From Macrostomum lignano (taxonomy: Eukaryota), in the NCBI GenBank assembly GCA_002269645.1, contig NIVC01000173.1, positions 620,001-684,000 on the forward strand: 64,000 nt of DNA. Direction: 5' to 3'. Below, one piece after another: positions 13,700 to 25,850 of the stretch. The first letter of the stretch is position 1. Every line of letters begins with the position of its first letter. A program made the translations under genes and the position numbers. The notes under the pieces are model-generated. The model had not been told where the DNA came from. It ran no database searches and was given only the letters and a program-made list of their open reading frames with translations.

Positions 13700-14075
13700 G
13701 GTACCGGATAGGAGTACCGGGTAGGGGTTCGGGGTAGGGGTACCGGGTAGGGGTTCGGGGTTCGGGTAGGGGTACCGGGTAGGGGTTCGGGTAGAGGTAC
13801 CGGATAGGGGTACCGGGTAGGGGTTCGGGTAGAGGTACCGGGTAGGGGTTCGGGGTTCGGGGTAGGGGTACCGGGTTCGGGGTTCGGGTAGGGGTACCGG
13901 ATAGGGGTACCGGGTAGGGGTTCGGGGTAGGGGTACCGGGTAGGGGTACCGGGTAGGGGTACCGGATAGGGGTACCGGGTAGGGGTTCGGGTAGAGGTAC
14001 CGGGTAGGGGTTCGGGGTTCGGGGTAGGGGTACCGGGTAGGGGTTCGGGGTTCGGGTAGGGGTACCGGGTAGGGG
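13700..14075. repeat. G-rich GGGTACCGGGTAGGGGTTCG repeat
   Basis: Dense G3/G4 runs with palindromic GGTACC; followed by a GGGGTTAACCCC hairpin. Confidence 0.9.
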
Positions 14076-14717
14076 TTAACCCCAAACCCCGAACAAAAAA
14101 ATTCGGTCCCGAACACCCTTAATGACAACCCCACCAGCCAATTAGTTCACACACACACAACAGGACCCAAATGAATGTGGCAAAAAAACACACACAGAAG
14201 GAATTGAAACGCGGTTGCCACCAACTCTCTGTTTCCTGAAGCCAAATCGACTTCCTTCATTTAATATGCAGTATGAGAGTAAACTTTAAACTAAACCTAC
14301 TTAATCCCTCTCAATGCCACAGCGTTGACATTGATTGAAAGCGACAAAATTCCAGTTTAGCTATTTAAATTTCTAAAGAAGGATCTTCCGAGTTTATTTT
14401 TAACCAAGCAAGAGCTACGAAGGCTTTTCAAGAGAATTTTTTAGCAAAAGACGAATCTTTCAGTTGGGAAGCGAATCCCTTAAGAGACTCAAATCCTGCG
14501 GAATAACCGTCCTGGTTCTACTTTACGAAACAGTTTAACTCCGCAACATTTCGTTCACTTTCTAAAGCCTAGCCTTAATCCGTGTGTTAGTTTCTTTCTA
14601 GTTTTACCATTTTATTAAACAGTAAATAACAAACGAGTTATAAATACGTAGAAATTATTTCTATAGCTCGTAGATGAAATTGTTTCGTATCTTAAGCATT
14701 TTGCGAGATATTCTGGC

Positions 14718-15468
14718 TGATCCACAGATATTGAAGCTAAGCCCTCCAGATCCACAAATATTGAAGCTAAGCCCTCCAGATCCACAGATCTTGAAGCTAA
14801 GCCCCCAACCCAGATCCACAGATATTGAAGCTAAGCCCCCCAGATCCAAAAATATTGAAGCTAAGCCCTCCAGATCCACAGATCTTGAAGCTAAGCCCCC
14901 AACCCAGATCCACAGATATTGAAGCTAAGCCCCCCAGATCCACAAATATTGAAGCTAAACCCTCCAGATCCACAGATATTGAAGCTAAGCCCTCCAGATC
15001 CACAAATATTGAAGCTAAGCCCTCCAGACCTACAAATATTGAAGCTAAGCCCTCCAGACCCACAAATAGTGAAGCTAAGCCCTCCAGATCCACAGATATT
15101 GAAGCTAAGCCCTCCAGATCCACAGATCTTGAAGCTAAGCCCTCCTGATCCACAGATATTGAAGCTAAGCCCTCCAGACCCACAAATATTGAAGCTAAGC
15201 CCTCCAGATCCACAAATATTGAAGCTAAGCCCTCCAGACCCACAAATAGTGAAGCTAAGCCCTCCAGATCCATAGATCTTGAAGCTAAGCCCCCCAGATC
15301 CACAAATAGTGAAACTAAGCCCTCCAGATCCACAGATCTTGAAGCTAAGCCCTCCAGATCCACAGATATTGAAGCTAAGCCATCCAGATCCACAGATATT
15401 GAAGCTAAGCCCCCCAGATCCACAGATATTGAAGCTAAGCCCTCCAGATCCACAGATATTGAAACTAT
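14718..15468. repeat. 30-bp satellite (about 25 copies)
   Basis: Unit CACAGATATTGAAGCTAAGCCCTCCAGATC. Confidence 0.95.
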
Positions 15469-15959
15469 AGGCCTGTATGTTTTTATTCCGAAACCCCTAG
15501 AAAAATGGCTCACAACGCTCATAATTTATGATCAATTAGCAACCCTACTCTCCTTGCATGGATAAATCATGGATGAAGCATCCATGATGCCATGTATGGA
15601 TCATACCTGAACATGTATGGAGCCATACCTGATCATACATGGTTCCACGTAAACTTCATCCATGGTTACTTTCCATCCATGTACATTGATGTATGATTTT
15701 AAATATAATTTTCCTTACTACACTACTGTTAGTAGAACGCAATGTTTGCGTAGGTTCATTTTAAAGCTGAAATTTTCTAAACAAATTCGGCAGCATCTTT
15801 AGTGCTGCTGAGAAATATGTTTCCATTCCCTTATAAATCACTTTCAAAACAAAAAAGTATCAGAACAAATACTTATGCAATTAAATGTAGAAGTAATTGA
15901 AAACTCGTATGATGACCATTTCGAGACTTATATTATTAATGATAATTAGGCATAATTCA

Positions 15960-16505
15960 TTTCAAAGTACTGTAAGAAAAAATAAGACAGCTCAGTCTCA
16001 GAGAGCTTTAAAATACAGAATGGACAGAATTTGACGCATTTCAAGGTACTGTAAGAAAAAATAAGACAGCTCAGAGAGCTTTAAAATACAGAATAGACAG
16101 AATTTGACGCATTTCAAGGTACTGTAAGAAAAAATAAAACAGCTCAGAGAGCTTTAAAATACAGAATAGACAGAATTTGACGCATTTCAAGGTACTGTAA
16201 GAAAAAATAAAACAGCTCAGAGAGCTTTAAAATACAGAATAGACAGAATTTGACGCATTTCAAGGTACTGTAAGAAAAAATAAAACAGCTCAGAGAGCTT
16301 TAAAATACAGAATAGACAGAATTTGACGCATTTCAAGGTACTGTAAGAAAAATAAAACAGCTCAGAGAGCTTTAAGATACAGAATAGACAGAATTTGACG
16401 CATTTCAAGGTACTGTAAGAAAAAATAAAACAGCTCAGAGAGCTTTAAGATACAGAATAGACAGAATTTGACGCATTTCAAGGTACTGTAAGAAAAAATA
16501 AAACA
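15960..16505. repeat. 73-bp tandem repeat (about 7.5 copies) inside the CMC element
   Basis: GGTACTGTAAGAAAAAA recurs at 16118, 16191 and 16264 (period 73). Confidence 0.93.
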
Positions 16506-16835
16506 GTAAATTTTACTGAACAGTCAATAAATAGAATTAGCCGAATTCGGTACGCATTAAGGGCAAGGGCCGACTAATCCTTTACGAAACGAAGTTAATG
16601 CTGCATTAGTCAATTATTTGCGCACAGAAACTTGGAGATTTTGAATATGGAGAGATCGGACAAAGAGAGGTAACGGTGGGAGTCTGAGAGGGAGGAAGTT
16701 GGGCATCTGGAAAGTTATTCTGATTCCCTGATGGTTTTATCTTGGTCATGGAGCATAATTTTATTTTCTGCCAGACTTTGCAGCATTAATAATAAAATAA
16801 TCGGATCTAAGGTACGGACACATACTCGTACCTTT

Positions 16836-19136
16836 TTAATCATGTTCAAACTCTTTGAACAATGGCACAGCGCAATAACAGTCTTTGCTGAACGATTCTA
16901 CTGGAACAGCGATGCAGGGTCGATCGACCTCTGAAAAATTAACTATACGTTCGCGTCTGGCCGATCTGGGCGCATTAGACAGGGATATCAATACAAAATT
17001 GAATGTCGAAGACTTTTTGAACATGGATTCCAGCAATGCTTTCCAATTAAGTAAATCGATGGGGAAAGTTGCTGCTGGTACTCGTAAAACAAAATCAAAC
17101 AGCGAACCAATGGGATCCAAAATTTGCACTCGAATAGTATTAGGCTCGAGGAACTCTGCAATAGTGCAGATTTCGCCGGACTTCAATTGGCAAAGATGGT
17201 TAGAATTTTTCGACGCACAAGCTGAGCTTGTCGAGAAAAAATGTCCATTAAAATAAGCAAGTGAGTTTCGAAGAATACCATGTGGCCTGGATGGCTCTAA
17301 AGATATAGAGTTAACTGCATCCACTACAATAGAGTCCTTAACACAAGAAAAGTAGTGATGTAGCAACTTTTGAAACAAAAACTTGCGAACAAGCTGTGGG
17401 CCAAATGACACAGTTCCGCATAAGAACTTTTTGAACATGCCAATGGAGCTCTCAAATGCGAACATAGAATAATTAAATACAGGTCCGTACAATTCGTACT
17501 GTTCAGCCATATGCAAAAGCAGGTGGAAATTAAGGCGGAGTACTTTCGGTCCGAATATTTGCTGAGCATTGGAGATAAAAGCTTTGCATAGCTTTTCGAT
17601 ATCAGTCTTATTTGATTGGGGGCTATACAACATGTGATAAATAAGAACTAAATTAGTTAACAGCAGTTTCAATGGAAAATGCGAAATTCTCTGCAAAAAC
17701 GTAGGAAGAAGAAAGTATAGCGCAAAGTTTTTAAAATGCTTTGCTTTCCAATCTGAAAAGCCTTTAAAATTTGTGTTGATTGTGATGCTAGAAGGAGTTA
17801 TAGATTGACGAATACAATTAGATATGAAATCCATGCAATTAGCTGAGCAAAAATACAACTCGCGCCTGTTTGCAGGTAATGACAGCTCTTCTAGTAGATA
17901 CTTGGTGTGGCCTTCGAAAAAGCAGTGTAAACTGTCAATAGGATTGCAGCTGGGAAACGGAACATAGTCTAACAAGCAACTGCGCATCTTTACGCCAAAA
18001 ACAGGCCGATTTCGAATTTGTGCGAGCCGACAGTGTTCAAGATGGGAAGATGGGTTTCTCAAAGGAAACAAGTAGCCTTCACCATAGCGGAAGATCCAGT
18101 TTTTACCTTTCTCGGATACTTTAAAGCTCTCACCTGGGTGCAAGCACCTAGGACAGCTAAACGCACCATTGTACTGGTGAATGCAGAAGAGCTTAGCAAG
18201 AGCGGGCAAGTCACAAACAAAGAGTGTGTAATGGACATGAACGGTGTATTCCGAGAATATAAACTGTTTTGGCAAATTGTTCATAATTTCAGACAGAAAA
18301 GACTGGAAATGCGGGACTGCCTTCGATGAAACAAGAGCAATTAGAATTAAATTTGCAAAGCGTTGACGGATGTAAACAGGAAGGTTTAGAAGTTGAGCCT
18401 GAAATGGCCAAAAGCTACTCTGAACAGATTCAAAAAAATTGGCGCCATCAGCTGAGATTAGAAGATGCAAGTGAAGCGACTTGCCAGAAGATAGGCTTAA
18501 GCCTTGTTCTTTAACTATTTTGGAATTCAAAACGTCTGTGTTTTTATCCTTTTGCAATTCTTGCTCATACTGCAGAATAGTTGAAGTGTGGCTGCTTAAG
18601 ATAGTCCGCAGCTGTGGAACAATATTGAGCTGTGTCACAGCAACCTTTGACTTTGGGGAATGAACCTGACACTGGCTTTTGCATTCTGGGCAAAAGCCAA
18701 ATTCAGACACGTCACTATCATCAAGAGGGCAAGTATCTTGAATCAATGATTTGAGCAACTTGACGCTATTTGGAAGAGCTAGAGAATCTCTACTAAAAAT
18801 AGAAAGTAGCTTCAGGAGTCTATCAAGAGCAGCCTCTGAAACTCCGGAAGTAATTGCCCACTGAAAAATCAGAGCCGCCTGCACACTGGGATCTGAGATG
18901 GAAGCCAAATTCGCTAAGCTATCTGAACTCTCCTCAAGCACAGGCACAGCATTGTTTTCACCAATAAAAGTTTCCACAGCGTCAGGACAGCTGTGCGAGT
19001 GCGTTACACCGGCTTCGCTTGAAATTGAACTCCTATTACTTGTAGAAAAACTATTTGAGGGAGAAGAAATCGCCTGACAAGAGTAGGCTGAGTAATTAGT
19101 AGAAAGAGAGTGCTCAGATTCTGATTTACTAGACAT
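16836..19136 (-). CDS. CMC/EnSpm-type DDE transposase, 766 aa, intronless
   Basis: Motifs ISADG (D1), VCDLPA (D2), CPRC...DSLH, FSDWKA..F.NF, HLLLHM.EQ...YGP...YSMFAFES (E); N-terminal CPEC; no stops. Confidence 0.92.
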   Translation of the reverse strand: MSSKSESEHSLSTNYSAYSCQAISSPSNSFSTSNRSSISSEAGVTHSHSCPDAVETFIGENNAVPVLEESSDSLANLASISDPSVQAALIFQWAITSGVSEAALDRLLKLLSIFSRDSLALPNSVKLLKSLIQDTCPLDDSDVSEFGFCPECKSQCQVHSPKSKVAVTQLNIVPQLRTILSSHTSTILQYEQELQKDKNTDVLNSKIVKEQGLSLSSGKSLHLHLLISADGANFFESVQSSFWPFQAQLLNLPVYIRQRFANLILIALVSSKAVPHFQSFLSEIMNNLPKQFIFSEYTVHVHYTLFVCDLPALAKLFCIHQYNGAFSCPRCLHPGESFKVSEKGKNWIFRYGEGYLFPLRNPSSHLEHCRLAQIRNRPVFGVKMRSCLLDYVPFPSCNPIDSLHCFFEGHTKYLLEELSLPANRRELYFCSANCMDFISNCIRQSITPSSITINTNFKGFSDWKAKHFKNFALYFLLPTFLQRISHFPLKLLLTNLVLIYHMLYSPQSNKTDIEKLCKAFISNAQQIFGPKVLRLNFHLLLHMAEQYELYGPVFNYSMFAFESSIGMFKKFLCGTVSFGPQLVRKFLFQKLLHHYFSCVKDSIVVDAVNSISLEPSRPHGILRNSLAYFNGHFFSTSSACASKNSNHLCQLKSGEICTIAEFLEPNTIRVQILDPIGSLFDFVLRVPAATFPIDLLNWKALLESMFKKSSTFNFVLISLSNAPRSARRERIVNFSEVDRPCIAVPVESFSKDCYCAVPLFKEFEHD

Positions 19137-19185
19137 AAAAATAGCAATTCAAATATTCAAAAGTTACTAGAATTTTTTCCGCAAT

Positions 19186-21136
19186 TCACGGTCCCATTCG
19201 CCTTGAGCGGGAAATGGAATCCCCTGACTCGGGTCCAGAAGCAGCAGTTGAAGTTCGCTTTCTCGCCCGTGTCTCCTCCCTGGCCAGCTGATTGAGATGG
19301 TCTCGTACAGACTTCCAGATTTCGTGGAAGTCGTAGCCAGATGTTCGATAGCACAATTGAAGCAAACCTGAAAATTCACGAGTATAGTAAAATATTTTTA
19401 CAATAGACATTGTGTACTGTGTTTATAGTAGAAATAGGCTAAATTTAAAAGGAAGTTGATTTATGATGCTAATCATTAAATAGGTCAATGGGATGTATTG
19501 AACTTTAGAACTATTTTTCCTCAATTTCTTTTATCTCAGACCTAAATGTGTTTTTTTAGAAAATATCCCAAGTATTGGATTCAGATCATTTAGCATTAAT
19601 TAGCCTAAATTGCTTTATAATAAAAAAATTGCACAAAACTGTGAAAAAATTATATATATATATTTACGTTGAAACTCTGTCACATGCTCAGATGGAGCAG
19701 GCCTTCGGGAACTGCGAGCACCACAGGATGAATCGATTATATGCTCAAGCAAGTAGCCTTCGCCAAATCGCAGCTTGATATACCTTCGGAGGAACACCTT
19801 AGGATCGTTGCAAAGAATTGAAGACAGCTCAGCTAGGGAACCATCAATGCACCTAAATTCCTAAAAAATGTTATTATATAGTAGAACTTTTATACTACAG
19901 ACGTGATGCTGCTGATGCTAAGAAAAAACTGACATACCTCATTTTGGTATTCTTTAATTGTTAGCATTCCACCAAAGTTGTCATCCTTTTTTAAAAGTCG
20001 GCATATCCTTGCAGCAAGACGCTTCTCAAGAGAAAGCAACTCGGATTGAATGAACAGTTTTAGATCTAGAGTAAGATATATGCTCATATATAAAAATATG
20101 GTGATTTTGATTTTTAATAATGTGATTGTATCATATTAAAAAAATAAAATTATACCTTTCATTGTTGCATCCGATTCACTGTTTACTATCTGTACCCCTC
20201 GGAGGGGTTGCACTTCTTGAATTGCACCTAGTGATAAAAAAGGCTTATTGCTACAAAAATATTGACTCATTTGGTATTTGGTTTTCAATTAGGTGTAATA
20301 GAATATACAAACTTGATTCCAAGAGGCCTGTGGCACGAGCTTGCTCATTTTCAACCAAAGATGCCTCTCTCTCAAATGCAGAAATGGCTTTTTCTAAAAA
20401 ATAATAATTAATCAAATAATACAACAAAAAAAACAAATTGCAAACAATTAATAGTTCATATATATTGCAGTTTTACCCATTGATTGAGTAGCTGGTATCG
20501 CCAAATTTGGTTCGCCACTTTCACTATCCACTTCATAAAGCTCGTCAAGTAGTCCATGCTGATGACAACTAGAACTTGAAGCAACCTGCTTTGAACTAGA
20601 TGACCTTATTGTCCTTACATTTGCAATGCCAGCTTGGGGATCTTTCATTGCAAAAAGCTCAATAGCTTGGCTAATCAATGAATCAGTATTTTCAGCCTCA
20701 CTAACCAAGTTGGAAAGTTGGTTCATAGTTGAAGCCATTTGCCTTTCACTACCTTTTGCCACAAGTGTAGCAGAAAATAGTTTGCCATACATGCGTAAAA
20801 AGACTTTAGTCCCCTAAAATATAATTTAATAAAGTAATATTACATTTGTAGTTGGAATAATTTGTTTTAGAAACCATGTACTCAATAACAAAATATTATG
20901 CATATAAATCCAACTTAAAATCTTACTTGTGCAAGTTCCAACTTTTCATCATTAGTTATTGTACTTGGCCAATAGGGAGACCCAAATGCAATGGTCACAT
21001 ATTGCTCATCATGGCCAACATTGTGAAGAATAAAGCAGAAAAACAATGCTGAATTGTCATTTCCAAATTTAGAAGTACTTTTTGTCTGCTTTCGAAGAGG
21101 CCTAGAATTAGATGCACTTAATCCAATATCATCCAT
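19186..21136 (-). CDS. CMC companion gene, 6 exons, about 376 aa, coiled coil plus BEN-like C-terminus
   Basis: Phase-consistent GT-AG exons 21136-20927, 20813-20477, 20393-20313, 20065-19938, 19860-19668 and 19367-19186 (1131 nt, one stop); ends ...FHEIWKSVRDHLNQLAREETRARKR... Confidence 0.72.
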
Positions 21137-22349
21137 AACAATTTGTTCTGAAAAAGTTTCACAAGGAGATAAGGTTTGAAGAATCAATCAAGAGGCCAAT
21201 GACAAACCAATTAGAATTGTATATAAAAAAAATTTAATGTAGGGACCCTAGGCCCCTATGATTTTAAATAAAAATTATAATATAAGGCCTAGGCCCTATA
21301 TATAGGCCTATAATTATAAAGTTGTGCCATTGTGGATTTTCTGATACAAAGTAGACAATATTAGGCCTAATTGGGCCTAGTCTAGTCTAGTTTTGATTAT
21401 AGACTGTATATTAGATACAAAGGACATGAAAGGTCTCGAAATTAAGTACCAATTACCATAATATACTATTATTTTTTATTATTTTGAAACTGTCAGCCTA
21501 CCATGTGATTTTTATCATTAGGCTATGGCCTAGGTCTAGGATGCCACTTTAGACTAGGCCTTTGGCTTTGGTTAGGCCAACCTATCATTATAAAAATGCA
21601 GCAAAATATCATTCAAAAATATACATCTAACCCCTATAGGTTATCTTTGCATCCCAAATATAATATATAATAGGGTTTCTATTTTCTAATATATCTACAA
21701 ATACAATTTTCACTGAAGGAGTGAAGATCAAAATTAGCATGTCAAAAAACCTTACAAGCCACCGAATTTTAAAACTAGCTACCAAAAGTGGAACTGGAAG
21801 TATATAGCTAAGAAAAAACATAAACATAAACATAGCACATAGTGACACATAATGAAATGATGACAACATGCAAGAGTGACAGAGTCCTCTTAGAAAGGAA
21901 AAATAGGCCTAGTAATTTATGTTTATGGGAAGTTAAGTCCGTAATTAACTAAACCGAAACAAAATGGCCAACAAAATTGCTGGTAATATATTCAAAGCAA
22001 TTTGTAGGTGAAGATTTTAACAAATTTATTAAACTATTTTTTGTATTTACAATTTCGCTTTTATTAAATATATTTAAAACTTTATTAGATATACATAAAA
22101 TAGCCTGAAATTTTTTATAAGCTTAGTTATTTATTTTCCCGTATGAACTCCCTGACATGGATGATTTTACCATGGAAAGTTTTAAAAATCCATGCATGAA
22201 AATACCATGAACATGCATGATTTATCAATGGATCATGGATCATAGATGATTTATCCATGATAAGAGAGTAGGGAATGAGCAATAATAAATGCCTAAAATT
22301 CGCATGCGATTAAAAGTATTCTATAGAAATTCTGAATCTTTTGCTTCAG

Positions 22350-22459
22350 ATGTGGTTCAATGGAGCGTTGAAGTGGGATCCCAGGCAGCACGACGGGGTC
22401 GACCGGCTCTACATACCCCCCGACCAGATCTGGCTGCCGGATATGGTGCTGTACAACAA
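22350..22459 (+). CDS. nAChR alpha subunit exon 4 (110 nt)
   Basis: TTCAG|MWFNGALKWDPRQHDGVDRLYIPPDQIWLPDMVLYN(N)|GTGAGA; WxPD and loop A motifs. Confidence 0.95.
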
Positions 22460-22544
22460 GTGAGATGAGCAGAATGGCACTGAAACGGGTTGGAAGTGAA
22501 TAGGTTTATGATTGAGTGGACAGTGGACTCTGCTCTCTGCTGTA

Positions 22545-22770
22545 CTCAAATGTTGAGTAGCCTCTACTCTCCACTGTACTCAAATGTTGAGTAGCCTCTA
22601 CTCTCCACTGTACTCAAATAAAATCACTGCACTGTAACTCTCTGCTGCACTAAAATGTTGAGTAGTCTCTACTCTCTGCTGCACTAAAATGTTGAGTAGT
22701 CTCTACTCTCTGCTGCACTAAAATGTTGAGTAGTCTCTACTCTCTGCTGCACTAAAATGTTGAGTAGCCT
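22545..22770. repeat. About 34-bp tandem repeat
   Basis: AAATGTTGAGTAG(C/T)CTCTACTCTC units. Confidence 0.85.
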
Positions 22771-23044
22771 CCACAGTTTCTGTACGTTTCCAGGTTAAAA
22801 AGCACCTGTCAGGTTGGCAAACTGAATCCAAACTCACAATGGTAAACATTTGCTAGCAATTGGGCAGTGCAGTGGGTTAGACACCGGCTAGCAAAAAAGT
22901 TTGGTAAAAAATTCTGAATCTCTGTTGTAGAACTTCCTACTTATGTTAAATTGCTCAACTATCTGGTTACTAGGTTAGGGTCAGCGTTTCTCATTTTATT
23001 CAACAAGTACAGAACCGAAATGTCTCACCATAATACCCCCGAGG

Positions 23045-23285
23045 TACAGAACTGCCATCTCTCACCTCAATACCCAGGTACATAACGGCCATCTCTCACC
23101 TCAATACCCAGGTACAGAACTGCCATCTCTCACCTCAATACCCAGGTACAGAACTGCCATCTCTCACCTCAATACCCAGGTACAGAACTGCCATCTCTCA
23201 CCTCAATACCCAGGTACAGAACTGCCATCTCTCACCTCAATACCCAGGTAGAGAACCGCCATTTCTTATCTCAATACCCAAGTCT
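23045..23285. repeat. 34-bp tandem repeat (about 7 copies)
   Basis: CAGGTACAGAACTGCCATCTCTCACCTCAATACC; period 34 (23109, 23143). Confidence 0.9.
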
Positions 23286-24005
23286 GTACCTGTATTTCTT
23301 CTCCAATTGGGCTCAAATCTCCCATATAGCTAATTTCAGACTCCCATACAATCTCGGGCAAGAATACAAAAAATCAGTTCAGCTATAATACAGAATATTC
23401 TTGGCTTTGCATTAATCCCCCCTCCGTCCTGAGAAGCAGCTGAACTAGCTCAGAGCTTGCGGGGGGGCATTTATGAGAGTCTAACGAAGAGAGAGAGAGA
23501 AGTCGGAGCAAAGCGGGAAATGTCAGAAACTCCTGACTCGCTCTCCGATCAAGCACTCTCACCAGAGGCTTGGGGGTCCAGGGGCAACTGGGAGAAGTTT
23601 TGACGTGTTTCCCCACTCTACCTCTCCATTCACTCTCACTCCTCACAGTGATTAACTCTGCTAGCAGACTCTGCAAGGGGGTAGAGAGAGAGAGAGAGAG
23701 TCGAAAACTAGCTAAAGAGAGTTGCTGGGAGTCTTCAATAATTCAGCGGCTCCCCTACCCTCCCCTCCTGGTGCCAAGCCGTGTTTTCACCTGTAGCCAG
23801 GCTGGAATGACAAACCGCCCTCTGAACTTTTTCAGAGAGCCAAGATGGCTTAATGAGGCTTGGAGTCGCTGGCTTAGCGCGTCACTCTAGTCCTAAAAGT
23901 GTTATTACACATAGATTGACTGTTTTTTAAATTGATTTGATTGAAGTCCGAAAGACGCAATTCTCTTTGATCTTAAAGTCCTGAAATAGCTAGCAAAATC
24001 GAGGG

Positions 24006-24183
<178 letters not shown>

Positions 24184-24193
24184 GCGCCCGCAG

Positions 24194-24568
24194 CGCTGAC
24201 GGCAACTACGTGGTGACCCTCATGACCAAGGTGACAGTGAAGCACGACGGCCAAATCACTTGGGAGCCGCCGGCAATTTTCAAATCTTCTTGCCAAATTG
24301 ACGTGGAATTTTTCCCATTTGACGAGCAACTCTGCACAATGAAGTTTGGCGTGTGGACCCACGACGGACTGGCGGTGGATCTGCAGCATTTGAAACAGTT
24401 CGAAGCCGGCTACTCAGGCCTGGACACATTCTTTGCTAAGCGTGGCATCGAGCTTGAGAACTATTACGAAAGCGTCGAGTGGGACGTCACGGATGTGCCA
24501 GTGCAGAAAAATATCCGCATTTATCCGTGCTGCCCCGAACCTTATCCAGACTTGACCTTCACTATCAG
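24194..24568 (+). CDS. nAChR alpha subunit exon 5 (Cys loop, loops B, F, C)
   Basis: ADGNYVVTLMTK...CQIDVEFFPFDEQLC...WTHDG...YPCCPEPYPD; vicinal Cys define an alpha subunit; donor AG|GTAAGT. Confidence 0.97.
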
Positions 24569-24597
24569 GTAAGTGGCTGCAGATTTAGATTTCTCAA

Positions 24598-24800
24598 CCA
24601 GCCTAGTGGTTTAGAGCGTCGGACTCTCGACTGAAAGATCGGTGGTTCGATTCTCGACCCACTCGGAACAATTTGTGTCCTTGAGCACAAGACACTTAAC
24701 TCTGCATTGCTTCAGCTCACCAGCTGTAAAATGGGTGCCAGCATTAGCTGGGGTAATTGAGGCTGCGTGTGGTGACCCCCCAGTCCTTGGACTGAACAGC
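24598..24800 (+). mobile_element. tRNA-derived SINE with CORE (MIR-like) domain
   Basis: A-box-like GCCTAGTGGTTTAGAGC, B-box GGTTCGATTC (24644-24653), then TGTGTCCTTGAGCACAAGACACTTAAC...CTGTAAAATGGG, which resembles the CORE domain. Confidence 0.75.
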
Positions 24801-24905
24801 CGTGTAAGCAGCCTTCACGCCGCGCAAAGATGTCGGTTGCACATCTGGCCATTCAGATGTCCAACCTTCCTGCGATCATGCTCAAGTATCTCAACTGCAT
24901 TTCAG

Positions 24906-25299
24906 GATCAGAAGAAAGACCCTGTTCTACACCGTGAACCTTATCGTGCCATGCGTTGCTATCTCGTTTCTAACCACTTTCGTGTTCTATTTGCCGTCAG
25001 ACAGCGGCGAGAAGATCACTCTGAGCGTGTCGATTCTGCTAGCTCTGACTGTGTTCTTTCTGCTTCTAGCAGAAATTATTCCTCCAACTAGTCTGGTTGT
25101 GCCGCTAATTGGAAAATACCTGCTGTTCACAATGGTGCTGGTGACACTGTCCATTGTGGTCACCGTGATAGTGCTAAATGTGCACTTCTGCGATCCCCTG
25201 ACCAATCAGATGAGTCCGTGGGTCAGGCGACTGTTTCTGGGCCTGCTGCCGAGGATTTTGTGCATGCAGAAACCGTCGGAGAAAATGTATCCAAAGGAG
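24906..25299 (+). CDS. nAChR alpha subunit exon 6 (TM1-TM3)
   Basis: [16 protein letters not shown]...[47 protein letters not shown]...; GEK ring of a cation channel; donor GAG|GTGAGA. Confidence 0.97.
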
Positions 25300-25310
25300 G
25301 TGAGAATTTT

Positions 25311-25850
25311 ACAGCCAGTGTTGCTAAACCCCCTGTTGCTAAACCCCCTGTTGCTAAACCCCCTGTTGCTAAACCCCCTGTTGCTAAACCCCCTGTTGCT
25401 AAACCCCCTGTTGCTAAACCCCCTGTTGCTAAACCCCCTGTTGCTAAACCCCCTGTTGCTAAACCCCCTGTTGCTAAACCCCCTGTTGCTAAACCCCCTG
25501 TTGCTAAACCCCCTGTTGCTAAACCCCCTGTTGCTAAACCCCCTGTTGCTAAACCCCCTGTTGCTAAACCCCCTGTTGCTAAACCCCCTGTTGCTAAACC
25601 CCCTGTTGCTAAACCCCCTGTTGCTAAACCCCCTGTTGCTAAGTCCCCTGATGCTAAATCCCCTGGTACTAAATCCCCTGGTGCTAAAGCCCCTGGTGCT
25701 AAATCCCCTGGTGCTAATCCCCTGGTACTAAATCCCCTGGTGCTATCCACTGGTACTAAATCCCCTGGTGCTAAATCCCCTGATGCTAAATCCCCTGGTG
25801 CTAAATCCCCTGGTGCTAAAGCCCCTGGTGCTAAATCCCCTGGTGCTAAC
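25311..25850. repeat. 15-bp satellite in nAChR intron 6
   Basis: TTGCTAAACCCCCTG about 21 perfect copies, then TGCTAAATCCCCTGG variants. Confidence 0.95.

Larger units (their letters stand above)
15543..22273 (-). mobile_element. Full-length CMC-superfamily (CACTA/EnSpm-like) DNA transposon, 6731 bp
   Basis: TIR CCCTACTCTC....CATGGATAAATCAT (28 bp, 3 mismatches); AA on both flanks (15541-15542, 22274-22275); CATGG-rich subterminal repeats; contains a transposase and a second gene. Confidence 0.9.

Noticed and set aside
5105-16505. Regular repeat arrays as CRISPR
   Set aside because: Head-to-tail units with no unique spacers, no cas genes, and a eukaryotic intronic context.
15721-21844. CACTA...TAGTG as the transposon termini
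   Set aside because: Poor inverted match and no TSD; the CCC...GGG ends at 15543 and 22273 give a 28-bp TIR and an AA TSD.
23384-23909. Possible solo LTR (TATAATAC...GTTATTACA)
   Set aside because: The 5' TG is absent and there is no TSD, so it cannot be supported.
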